Shown here piece after piece: positions 14,606-27,405 of a DNA stretch of 64,000 nucleotides. Under the pieces are notes generated by a model. That model was not told the origin of the DNA and did not search any database. It saw only the letters and a program-made list of their open reading frames with translations. The stretch comes from Sphagnum compactum (taxonomy: Eukaryota): positions 3,720,001 to 3,784,000 of the forward strand of contig OZ234494.1 of the NCBI GenBank assembly GCA_965153455.1. Direction: 5' to 3'. Within the stretch, counting starts at the first letter, position 1, and every line of letters begins with the position of its first letter. Made by a program: the position numbers and the translations under genes.

Positions 14606-17064
14606 ATATCAAAATTTCACCTCAAGTAGCAACCCATTCTTTCACAACCATGTGTCACTACTATTGTCATTAACTATTTTAGTTCGTTTCAATATTATCA
14701 CATATTTAGTTAATTTTGAAATTTTTAGCGAATGACGATTTGGAGGCTGGAAATTTGGAGAATTTTTTTGAATTGGGGGGCCACCATATGATGCAACAAT
14801 AAATATTAATAATGTTTTGCCTCAAAGTCAATAAAAAACTTGATTTTAACCACTAAGTTAGAAAAGTTCAAAATTAAAATTTTAATCCAATATTGATTAA
14901 CTACATGTTTATTTTGTAGATATGACTTGCAATACATTGAACCATCTTCATTGCATATGAAAACACATATATAAACACATACACACATATACACGTTTCC
15001 ATGATATTCAAGTAAAAAGCCAAAATACACCACCCAAGAAAAAGCCTTTCCCTCATTAGTTCCACTATTTTTATATTCTTCAAAACTTGAAAGAGTTAAA
15101 ATTATTGCAACTATCACCTAGGTTTGATAAGGATCCACTGGCCATCCCTTTTCCAATAGTCTTTCTTTGATTAATATATTTTTAATAGTATTCAATTAAC
15201 TAAATTAGTTCGGTTCTGTATTATGCACTATGCCAGCTATTTTAGCTAACCTACCACTTTTCTTTTAATAATTTTGTTTCCTAATGGTGAAATGGATGAA
15301 CCACATGAAATGATATTTGATGGATGAATCATTTAAACCTAAGAAAATCAATTTTGATGGATGAATTATTTAACCTCAAATTTCATGTATGAGGTATGTT
15401 CAATTGCAATGACATGAAAAATGACTTAACTAGACAAAATCTCATGGACAAGTGGTTCAACATTCATGGATGAAAATATCAAATGAATAAAGGTATGAAT
15501 ATTAAATATTGTCTAGAATTGTATTTAATCCATGAAAGTTCGCGATAATAATATTTTTGTACTTGATGATCCATTTATGTCATGGTTGAAGTTTTGCAAT
15601 TGGTCATTGAACTCGAGCACTTGGCAAATAAACTTTGTGAACTAAATTCAATCACCAATCAGTGACCAAAATTTAACTTGGGGATAAATTGAACAACCAA
15701 AGTAGGTCATAACTAACATCTAAATGATAATTCTTAAAATAGAATTTTAACATGTGGTCAAATATGAACTTTGTCATTAAAATTTGGTCACCAAATCTAA
15801 TGTGTGAGTTTTATCACATCGTGATCCTAACCTATATTACCACTTAGGAAAATTTCATAGTTGTAGTTTGTAAGCAAATTTTGACAATGACATAATTCTA
15901 TCAAAGGCCCCAAGTAAACAAAAGTTCAATCTAACAAGTTAGGTTGTGATCAAAATTCAATCATTTACTAGTTGGATTGAATTTGTTTACTAACTTGGTC
16001 AATGTGTGCTGAACTATTCTTGCACTAGTTGGCAACTAACATAATTAGGTTGCAAAGTGTTTAAATTCAAGTGCATTAGTTCGCACCGAAAGATTAGTTG
16101 TTTACATCACCATTTGAATGAAATCCAAGTGACAATATAATTCAATCTTGCCACAAAAATTGTGGTAAAGAAAACCCACACCACCCATTGCATGTTTCCT
16201 TGTCATCAATAAATAATTTCCCCCCTCCCCTCCCTTTCTCTCTCTTGCACCCCTGCATCCACATCCCATAAACAAAATTGATGGCAAGGTGCATGAGCAT
16301 CTCAATCAATCAAGACATGATTGGGACATGATTAAGAAGTAACTAATGTGAAATGGATAACCTTGTCATGAACTTTCATGAATGCGATATAAATTTTGAT
16401 AATATTTCATGTATTAACTTTTTTTTGTCATTCATTCATGAATGCATTGAAATTGATATTCTATACATGTTCATTCAATGTATATTTGGATCAATTTTAA
16501 TGGATGAAATGAACTATGAATTATTTCATGGATGAAATTAAATTCCATGAGAGAAATTTATTTCATTTTCAAATGTCATCAAGGTTTCATGATGTTGTTT
16601 GATTCATCCACTAAAAAACATTGCATTCAATCGATTTCACATTTTATCTATAAAAAAACCATGTCACATGTGGTTAATCCATTCCCCATCAACTAATGAT
16701 TCACCTTTGCACTCTCATCTCATTGTATGAGGTTGATGCTTAAATTCTGCGTCATTCAAAGAGGTTGGACACAAACAAAACATGAAATTCAATTTGATTT
16801 CAATATGTATTTGATTTTATTTTTTGAAGAAACTCTAAAGGATAGCTTGAAAGGACTCCTCTCTCAAGCTTAAGTTGGCCATCAAATAAACCAGAAAAAT
16901 GAGGTTGAATCTTTCTCTTAATCAGGCAACCCATGAAATGTTTTAGATGTGGGCAATCCTTTTTTGAGCAAAAGTGTGGGAAGTAAAGGAATAAATTTCA
17001 AACATTGGACAGCCTAATTAAATTTTTTTGAAGAGCTTGAGGCGCATTGGGGCAGGTTAACAAG

Positions 17065-17255
17065 ATGGAATGGATTTGGCAAGTTGGCAATGTGACCTTT
17101 CAAGTGACATGGACTTTGGACTTGATGAATCAGCAATGTGAACTTGAGGATGTGGTGACTTGGCACAATGGACTTGGCAAACAGGCAAAATAGATGTGGA
17201 CTTGGTGACTTGGCAAATTGAAGTGGACAAACATGTAAACGTCAACTCGGCAAAT
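17065..17255. repeat. Degenerate tandem repeat of GGACTTGGCAA-like units
   Basis: Repeated ggatttggcaag/gacttggcac/ggacttggcaaa/gacttggcaaa motifs; explains the ORF 17057-17245. Confidence 0.65.
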
Positions 17256-17592
17256 TAGCTGAGCAAATGCTAATCCGTGCACTAGTGTCTTGAATGTCTG
17301 GGATTTTCATTCCAAGATCCAAACACAATCTTTTTGGAATGCTGAAAAAGAAGGGATGCCCCAGTAGAACTTCTATTAAATAGGAGTTCATCTCGTAGTT
17401 GGAGCATATACCATGGACATGTTTTCTCCTCGGCAATTATAAAGTCTGGAGAATCTGACTTGTTGTCACACTTGAGAGCTTTGTACACCATCATATCATA
17501 TCTCATTGGGAAGACAATACAAAATCATCTGTAGATTGTCCTTGATATTGACTCTGGTTTGTCTCTGCAAAGCTTTAGTATTATAATGCTCA

Positions 17593-17860
17593 CTACTGTT
17601 TTTTTAGGAATTTTTTAATGTAGCCTAAGTGGCAATCATGTGTAGGAAGATTTTGTCAAATCTGGCTATAAACAAGATATGAAGTACAAATCTTTAAGCA
17701 ATCTTCTATATGTATGGATGGCTACACACTGAAATTTGAGCAAGTTTTACTAATCTTTTTCTCACTTCTAGTGATTGAAACCCTCCAAAATTGTTTCATT
17801 TTTACACACAAAATTTAATTTGTCTTTTTGACAAAATTTCACAAGTATAAAATATGGCTG
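17593..17860 (+). mobile_element. hAT-like MITE family member (related copies at ~27112-27405, ~29880-30155 reversed, 35516-35814 reversed, ~62000-62225)
   Basis: Shared core gtagc(c)taa(a)gtggcaatcat..ggaagattt..caaatctgg.tat..gaagtacaaatctttaa; the 35516 copy has CAG..CTG ends and an 8-bp TSD. Confidence 0.6.
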
Positions 17861-18306
17861 GAACTACTCAAAGAACTGCGTGTGACAATTATCATCGTGG
17901 CATTGCTGCTTCTCCCTTAACCCTGACCTTACTGCAAGACCTCCAGTGAGTCTTGATCATTCAATTTGTTAGATGGCAGCTTTACAATCCCGTCTTTTTA
18001 TCCAAATCCTGAAAGAGAGGTTTGCAATACCAAGCCGATATTCAGTGGTATTATGCTATTATGAAAGTATTATCCTTTATCTCACTTGAAACTTTGAGTC
18101 TGAAATTCCTAGCCACATTGCGTCCATGGTATAGTGTTAATTGTTTCTTCATCCTCACCCATGAACATGAAAAGTTGAATAGAATAAAGTGGGATTAGTT
18201 AAATGCCACCACTTGGATCAATAATTTTGGCGGGCCAACTAAAAGTAGTCATTCGTTTTTATTAGCCATTTTGGAGATTAATTGTGCATATTTAACAGGT
18301 CTTAAC

Positions 18307-18618
18307 CAGAGTGGGGTGGGTATTAGAAATTGAACCGACCCCCTTCTGGGTATCAAGTTGGGTATAAAAGTGGATAATCCTCGTTATCAAAAATCAAATA
18401 CCCTATTTATCGTATATAATCACAGTTTAGATTTAATCAAACATCTGCCTAAAACCACCAGGTCGTTTGTCGGTTCTTTCACGAAACAAACTTGGTGGTT
18501 CATAGACATTTTTGAAATATCTGGAACTGAAGGTTCTTCGAATCTTTTTTTTTTTCCAAAATACTCAGACCCAGTGGTTGTTGGATTCTGAATTTTTTCA
18601 AATACCCACCCCACACTA
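18307..18618. mobile_element. hAT-type MITE
   Basis: TIR cagagtggggtgggtatt / aatacccaccccacacta; 8-bp TSD gtcttaac (18299-18306) vs gtctaaac (18619-18626), 7/8 match. Confidence 0.7.
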
Positions 18619-19838
18619 GTCTAAACCAGTGTTGTGTGGTTATTTGACTTCATTTGCCTCGATTCCAAGTTGTTTTTGAAAAAAATCAGAATCAAAGAAC
18701 CATGGGTCCTGGTTATTTCAAAAACCTTAAAGGACTTGTAATTTTGATGCAAGAATCGATTATTTGATGTTTTTCCAAATAATTGAGAACACGTTTATAT
18801 CTGACAATTGGGGACTCTTTGATTTTTTGAGACGTACACTTATGAATGAATCTTAAGAACAAACTTGATAATCACAAGGTCTATTTTTGTTTCTAAAAAT
18901 TGCCTGGCTGATTATTAAAAAAAATGAAAAATCTCAACCTAATGGTTATCAATTTCATGATCAAACTAATACCCTCAATCAAATTTTGGGTAATATCCAT
19001 TGGTTATGAGTAAGGTTCAACTCTCAAATACCTAGTTGAGAATTATGGGTTATATGTCAGTAAAAAGATGTTTGTAATTTGGAAAAAATCTGTCTTCTAT
19101 CGTAAACATGTTTAGTGTTTCAGGATTGATAACTTACTTCGATGATAACAAGGTCATGAAAGGAGATTATCAAAAATTGAAAATTCAATACCATGCAGAT
19201 AGGTTATTGATCAATTTTTTAAAAATCATTAAATGATTGGTAGGGTATCAACAACTAAGTTGATAATTGGTTGTTTTCTCAAAATTTGACCAACATTGTT
19301 TAACTATCTAAATGCAATTTCAAACCATTTAAAGGTTCACTTCAACATTCTTTGTGTTGTCTACAAGGTATTATATTGCTGCCCATGGAGATGGCTTTGC
19401 AAAATTTCCAAGCCTTTTTCACTATTGGCCCAGAAAATATGCCTGAGAAAGAATGTGAACTTTTAGGAGCATTTGGAATGCGAAATTGGAATCACCATAA
19501 TATTTTCAGCTATTGTGCATGTCTGGCTAGACTTTGGTTGTCAAGCATCTCCACCATTTGCAAGAAATGCCCCTCAACATTAACTTGTAGGAGTTGCACC
19601 TGTTCTACATGTCTGATCACCCCCACATTGTTGCATCCAGTCAGCATGAGTATTCCCAAGGCCAAGAAGAAAGAATGTCTCTACTGCCTTCAATATGTGG
19701 CAGGATATTGTGATGTCCAGAATTTGCCACTCTTAAACCATTTTGCTATTGTTTTTTTATATGTATAGCAAACTTTGAGAATAGGATCCACGGTAACAAC
19801 AGGAGCATCCAAGACTTTGGCGAGAAGAAGATTCACCT

Positions 19839-20870
19839 TGGAAGAATTTTTTCCTCACTGAGGAATGCTGTGGTGCTTGTTTCTCCACATCTCGCAAGAC
19901 CTGGTCATGCAAGAAATGGTTTGGAGTGCAACACATTTTGGGACAGGATTTGAGAATACTTCAACAAAAACTGCTATGCTTGTGATTGCATATTGATCAA
20001 TGAGGTCTTTGGAAACCAAATGGGGAATAATTAAGCAATGATGTTTCAAAGTTCATAAGGAACTTTGGAACCATATGAACTTTGAAGTTGTCAAGCTTTC
20101 CAAGAATCATGTGCAAACCGTGAAAACATCTTGAAAAAGGCCTTAGAATTCTACAAGTGAAAGCATCCAAAGGGTTAGAGCTTTATTTTCATTCATTGTT
20201 TGTTGGTTTTGCGAGGCATCCCCTGTTGGGCCAACATGCACATTGGTGCAATCACAATATTAAGAGTCAAAACAATGCTTAATTTTTCATGTTTTAAAAT
20301 AAAAAATTGTACTAATGTTTCAAGTCATCTAAAAGCATTCATGACAATTTTTTTAATATATTATGAAAAAACGTAATGATTTGGAAGGAATCTAATGAGG
20401 ATTGAAATTTAAAAACATTCACGAAGCATTGTAAGACTTTTATTTGTGGGGAGATTTCTTAACATGACATATTTTAACATAATAGTAGTTTGAAACATTT
20501 TTTGGGGCTAGATTTGAATTTTTTTTCAACTGGCAAACAAAATATTCTTAAAATATTTAATGAATATTTCAAAATAAGCATTCACTTAAGGAACCAACTT
20601 TGGCTTTTATTTTAGCATGTTTGAATCCACATGTAAAAACCGTGCCCTTGAAGTGAAAGGGATCCATTTCATTTAGCTCAAAGGTCGATGCAAGTGAAAT
20701 TGAAATAATTGAAACATTGATAGCTATAAGTTTTGCAACAAGTCAACTCTAAGGTACTAGAGTTGCCAAATACAACCTACAAATGGCAAAAATCAAAGGT
20801 TACACAACAAGACCACATGCTTGAACTTGGACAAAGAATGATGACATTTAATTCACAATGCCAACATAGC
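19839..20870 (+). pseudogene. Decayed PIF/Harbinger ORF1-like (Myb/SANT, 'GSTT3-like'/NAM-associated) coding sequence
   Basis: Manual translation across stops and frameshifts: KNFFLTEEC..FLHISQDL..RNGLECNTFWDRI*EYFNKN..RSLETKWGIIK-DVSKF..ENILKKALEFYK*KHPKG*SFIFIHCLLVLRGIPCWA; later L*GTRVAK..MAKIK (~20745-20800), resembling the RP.G.K.AK motif. Confidence 0.7.
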
Positions 20871-21674
20871 TATACTATCTAATAAAGTGTAAAAGTATTT
20901 TAATCTGCCAAGGGCAAAAAACCTATAAAGTGCAATTGCAACTTGTGACAACATCAACTATAGCTCCATCAAACATTGCAATAGGATCTCCATCAAAACT
21001 TGGTATCCCTCTAGCTATCCACACAAATGATGTAATAGATAACACATTCATTCAAATGGGCATAAAGTTATAATTGATAAAAAGAATTGACTTCAAAATA
21101 ATTAATATTGCAAAAACTTGAAAAAAAATTAAAATTGGGAATCAGTAAAATGATGTTTATTATTTGTTGAATGCATCATGGTCAAATTTCTAGTGTTACA
21201 CACTTACTCACACAACACTAATTTCTGAATCCTTGATTGAAAATTTTCAGAATACCAAATAATAGTGGGGTATAAGCATAATAAAATATACAACAAATTT
21301 ACCATGTCAAAGTTAAATGCAAATAGATTAAAATAACAACATATATATCATAAAATTATTGTACATTGAATGTTTTTACATAAATGATCAAAAAAAGATA
21401 GTTTTTCACTATTGCACATTAATTTTCAAATTTCATGTTGTAAAATTATGTTGAATTAAGTTTTTCAAAACACAAGTAGCTTTTGTAATTTGCTTTTTGT
21501 AGTGTGGATTTTTTACACCGTATGAATGAAGTAGGTTATCACAAACAAAAAATATCTAGAACAAAATGTTCATTTGAACTTCAAGATATATAATTACCTT
21601 GATATTATAATTGAGTGTGTACATATTCCATCTAATATTTTGTGTTAAAGTACCATCAAATCCAACTTTTCTTT

Positions 21675-21880
21675 CACTACAAGGAATTTGCAAATTAACA
21701 ATTGGTTTTTTCTTGTATTTAACATGACTAACTTTCAATTATAAATGTCACATGCGATTGTAATTTTTTCTAATTACCTTGGACAATTGCATAAAACTTT
21801 AGTTACAAAAGACATGACATTGCATAAAGTTGAAATAATAGTTAGATCGAATTGTGATTAATCGATAGATGCATGGTATA
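21675..21880 (+). mobile_element. CACTA terminal fragment
   Basis: CACTACAAGGAAT terminus followed by degenerate caatt/gattgt subterminal repeats. Confidence 0.45.
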
Positions 21881-24800
21881 GTGGTTCATTTTTGTGACAA
21901 AACAGTGTTTTAACCTTGGGTACCCTTTATTCAAATGCATATGGTGATTAATATATTTTTAAATCTACTAATTGGGACTTGGATCTAAACTAAAAATTTC
22001 ATTATGGAGAGAATTTTGTGGTTATTTATAAATAAAAAATTCATTTGTTAGTAGTAATTGATTTTTGAAGTTGAAAAATATGGATTGGTCATCTATTTGG
22101 AACATCACAAAATGGAAATTTTTGTATTAATTCACATTTCAAATTTGTTATTGAGACTCGATATATAATGTAATACAAGATGATAAATTCATGTGAACAA
22201 TTTTTTTTTTGAAAACTTTGACCATTTAGTAGTAAGGGACTTTTGAATGGTTAAAATTTGCCATATTCTCATTAGTCCATGTGAGTTGCAATTTTTGTTT
22301 ATTTTTCAATTTCTTTGTCCTAAAAACATATGTTTTTGAAAGTTTTATATGGGGCATTATTCATATGGACTTTGTGGGTTTTCCTTTAAATATTTTTTAA
22401 TTAAAAATGACATTAACTACATTAAATATAAGTTTTCACATAGGCTTGGGAAGGTTTATAGGTGATTGAACATGTATTATTTAAAAATTAGAATAATAAC
22501 ATTTTTAAAAGTAACAACCATGACCATTTGAATCATTTAAAAAATCTTGTATGGATTTATATGGAGTGTAACTTTTGCCAACATTGAGCTAAAGTGGTAG
22601 GTGAAACAACCTAGCGTAAAAACCCTTGGCTAGTTAACTTTAGTGGTAGTTGGCCTAGTTTAATCTAACCTAGGCAGGGCATGTGGTGCCATTTGTTCAA
22701 CTTGGAGCTTACCATATGTCAACATTTCAATGGTTGAAAATTTTAAATGTCCCCATGACATTTTAATCACAAATGATTATGCCGCATAAACATACATGAC
22801 TATAAATTTTAGATGTAAGAACTAATCATGAATGACCATGTTAATAAGTTGATAAGATGTTAATTCAATGAAAAGTTTGTGTTAAGTTGCTTAAACTAAA
22901 AACAAGGGCTAGGAACCTTAAGTGATTTAGGTTAAACACTTCAATCTAAAGTAAACACCTAAACTACTTAACTTATATTATGTCAAAAAAGTTGTAATAG
23001 TAAGGATTTGATCCATTGACCTTTACATTGAAAGAATAGACGCCACTACATGTACAAAGGTTGTATGTATTATTAAAGTATTCATGCACCTACCTATGCT
23101 ACCTAGGGTTTCTTTAGGGATTACCTAAATTAATTTGGGTATTTAGGGGCCTACTTAAGGGTTATTTTTTAAGGTATTTACAATACTTAAGGTACTTATG
23201 GGTGTACTTAGGGATTACCTAAACTATTTAGATTATCTAACGAATGCATAGGTTATTTAAAGTACCTAGGGGTGTACCTAGGGGTTGTTTATATTTGTTG
23301 GGCCCAAATTAACCTACCCCAATTTTGACTAGGAAAGATAAGATGGTTAAGGAAGTTTTGGGGTTAACCTTAAATCTAAAGTGGTAGGTTAAAACATCTA
23401 ACCTTATCCCAATATGACCTAAGGGTTTGGTGGTCTGGCTAGGATAAGGGGGGAAGTAGGTTAGTTGAATTATGTTAAGGTCGGGTTTTTTTGTCCTTAT
23501 CCAAAAATTGGTTAAACTTGCTGAAGAAGGGGAACAGATAGGGTGAAGGATGCCTCCTAGAAGCTTATAACAATTAGGGTTAAGGTACAATATTACTAAT
23601 GACATCTTTATGGAGTTGAAAGGAAAGAAACTAGTTGTTGAATTATTTTTCTTATTCTTGAATGACGAATGAAGCATGAGGGTTTGTGAGGAGGGAGGAG
23701 TGATGATGATGGTTATAGGGAGAAGAAGGGGCTCTTGGCATATCATGAAAATGCGAGGTAGGTGAAGGAGGGAGGCTACACCATCATGAAGAAGCAAACT
23801 TTTCAAAGGGTGGTCAAGTCAACATTCATTCTAGTGAATGGAGGCAAGATCTTCAAGTGATGGTGGTTGTGGCATTGCAAGTGTGGGGAAGAACTCATGA
23901 GCATGGTGATTTGGTGGTGGCTAGTGGAAACCAAGAAAAGGTACTCAAACCTTGATGAAGTTAAGAATTAAGAGTAGAAAAAAGGAGGAAGTTGGGGGTT
24001 GTTGTTGAACCTAATGAGCAAATGAAAAGGTCTACCCTTTTGTGCAGCAAGGACAAGAAGAATTAGAACTTAGGTTGTCCAATAGAGGAAAGTACAAAAG
24101 AAAACAATTTTGGGGTGTGGTAGAAAGCTCGAGAGATATAGATGGTTGGGAGTAGTGTGTAGTGGAGGATAGTAGTGTAGATACATTGTTAGGGTTTAGA
24201 TAGGAAAAAGGAATGGAAAACTTGAAGATTGAACCAAAATTACATTATAACCACTTCTTGGAAGTGTGGCACCTGTTTTGTTGGTAAAGACTTGTTGTAT
24301 TTTTGGTCTGATGATGCTTGTATGAGGTTGACCTAATGAAAACTATAATTGATTAAAAGTTAGAAGAAGGGAGTGGTAGGGCAATGGTAAGATTGATATC
24401 TGTAGCAAATAAAAAGAGAACTAAATATAAAAGAACAGAGAAAAAGGAAGTAGGTAGGAGAGAAGATTCTAATTAATGTAAATTAGGTTCAAACCATGGC
24501 ATTACAAAATGCTAGTGGGAAGGGGATGGTTTAGGAGTAAGAGGAGCTTGATTAGGGTTAAAAATCAAAAGCTTAAGGGGTAAAGTACATAACAAATTGT
24601 GACACCCCCTTTGAAAATCTTCCGGGGGGGTGGCCCAAATCAAGGTGTTAGGTGGTGTGCTAAAATTGTGCCTAACAAGACTACTTGAGGTTCTTAGTGA
24701 TTACTTACTCCTAGGTTGTGTAAACTAACATAACATGATGCATGCACTAGTTTGCCATAAGCACATGTACATTTGCAATTATCATACATAGTCATAATTA

Positions 24801-27111
24801 AAATTGAACAAAATGCCACATGTTGTTTCATCACTTTTGGACCACATTACTAATCACAAAAACAATTAAATTTTTATTTATATTGTCGAATGCCACCAAT
24901 TGTAGATCATATGAATGCTTTTTCATTTTCAATTTTGTCCAACTAACATTAGTCACCCAAAATTAGATTAACTTTCTTCAATTTTTAAACTTTTCAAAAA
25001 TTGAGAATTAAAGGTTATAACAAAATCAAAGTGCTAACCAACAATGGTTTTAACCCACCAAAAGCATTTGCCCATTTTTTTGGTTGCCCAACACAAAGTT
25101 CATGAATGGGATTACACATTTTCCATTTTGCAAGGATTGGAAGATTGTCAGGGTACTTGAAATTGGTAGGGGTGTGTTTCATAGCACTTTTAAAATTATG
25201 TTTCTTAGGTGCTAATTAAACTTTATCATGTATCAAGTAGGGCTTGGTCCCATGGGCCTTCCTTAACTTGAGTCATAGCCTCAAGGATGGTAGCCCATGG
25301 GCATAGACTTGAAAATTATGGGAGGCCCATGGGAGCAAGCCTTCCCTAGCTTTAAGTACTAAAGGTTTTATACTTGAATGTTGGAAGGTTTGCATGCAAA
25401 TGGTGGAAGGCCCCTTCACTTGACTTAAGCATCTTCCATCCAAGGAGATGCTTTCAACCATGAATAAAAAATCCTTAAACCTTGAAGTGCTTGATCTTTC
25501 TTATTATGTTCCCTAAGGTGTCCCTAAAGAGAACTGCTATTTACTCCATATTCTTTGCCCAATGTTCCCATTTAGTTTTTGGGGAACAAAATTTCTATCT
25601 TGGGAGGGTGCAAAGTTCCAAACCATTAGGCCTCTTGATTGACCCCCTACTTTTATTTAAAGATAAAAATGAAACCATTGATGCAATCACAACTTTAGCA
25701 TGAATCATACTATGTACACCACTGAAGACTGTGAAAGAAAGTGCTCCAAATTTTGAAGGCCCAGAATTTTCAAAATGTCAAACTTACAACTATGTCCTTG
25801 AAGAGAAAAAACAAACTTGGAAATACAGTTCATAACTTCACAACATAAGCTTTACCAACATGATCTTCACAACAACTGATCTTTGGGCAGCACCAGTGCA
25901 GTCCTATAGGAGACCAATCTAGCTTTGATATCTCATCAGCCCTTGCCTGATTTGGGCAAAAAATTTAACCAAAGATTTTGAGTGTGTCAACTTTGGATCC
26001 AGCAGTTGGATTTATAACCCTATTCATATTGAACATGATCTTGAACTAAGGTGTTCAATAGACATAAAATTATGTCCCTTCAACACTGAATAGGGCTTAA
26101 TCTCTGGGGGGTTAAATTGATATCATTTAAGTGCAACTAACCCTAGTCATGGACAATTTATGTTGTGAGTTGTGCCAACTAGGTAGGCATACAAGGTGAC
26201 ATGATTAGGTACCTTATGCAACTCCACCCATACCCCTTATTTTAGGGCTTCAACCCTGCTTATAACATCCAAGACAGCTCCCTAATTGTTTTCCAATCCT
26301 CACCCATAAACATGACAATCGAGACAACAGAAGGTGAGAAACTCTTGAAATAAAATTATATAGACTAATCAAGCACAATTACTATATTGTGCAGTGCATT
26401 TTACAGATTGTGTGCAAATATATTGACCTGAAGCTAATTTATTAGCCCAAATTGGCATTAGTTTGATTATTCTCTATCCAAAAATATTGTGCAAGTCACC
26501 TTTGAAACTGCTTTTACTTTTGTGGGAGTGAGCCCTCCAATTTGGAAACCAGATCTTGAGCTTGACCTTGGGATCTGCACCCCATGTCTTCCACTACTAC
26601 ACCCACTCCACAAATGTTTGCAATTTGCACCGCCTACATATTAGAGTCGACACTGTGGAGAAAAAAAGGTTCCTGACTCTACAGGAGCATCTACAGGAGG
26701 TGGCTCTTCAAGTTAAATTCCAAAGCACTAGTTTGTGATCCATGTCCATCAGAGAGAATCTTGCTGGGATCATGGAACTAAATCCAACCCACCACTGTTC
26801 CAAAGGGATTGATCATGGTTTTGTGTGCATTCTTACATTCCTCACTTGGGCTACAATTTCCCACTTTGTCTGCCACTAGCTGGAAACTAGAAAGGAATGA
26901 CCCCTGGCAGCCAATTTCTTGATGACTCCTGGAGTGCACTTGTGGGTACCAAATAAGATGGAGATAGAAGAGCCACAAAATGAACAGTTCAGGACCCTCA
27001 GTATCCCCTGGTTATAGGCTCAATAGTTTCTCACTTTGACAATATCATGTTCTTTGGTTCTTTTTTTAATAGCTTAGATTCATAGAATATAGTAGCCTCA
27101 TCATGTGGGTG

Positions 27112-27405
27112 CATGTTGTTTTTAAAGGAATTTCAGTATGTAGCTAAAGTGGCAATCATGCATATGAACATGTTGGAAAAATGGCCATCATCCCTAGGAA
27201 GATTTAGCCAAATCTGGATATGAAGTACAAATCTTTAATCAACTTTGTACTCTGATGGCTACACAGTGACAAATAAATATAGAAATCTGGCAAAAAACAA
27301 TTTACCTCATTTCTGGGGATTAAAACCCTCCAAAATCACTTCACTTTGGAATTTTTAACTTTTTTTATTTCGCTTTTTGCAGAAATTTTGCCAGTAAAAA
27401 AAAGG
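27112..27405 (+). mobile_element. hAT-like MITE (same family as 17593-17860)
   Basis: gtagctaaagtggcaatcatg..ggaagatttagccaaatctgg..gaagtacaaatctttaa..aaccctccaaaat..gaaattttgccagtaaaaaaaagg. Confidence 0.6.

Noticed and set aside
23309..23806. 165-aa minus-strand ORF
   Set aside because: It lies in a low-complexity GGTTAA/purine-rich repeat; no domain or splice support.
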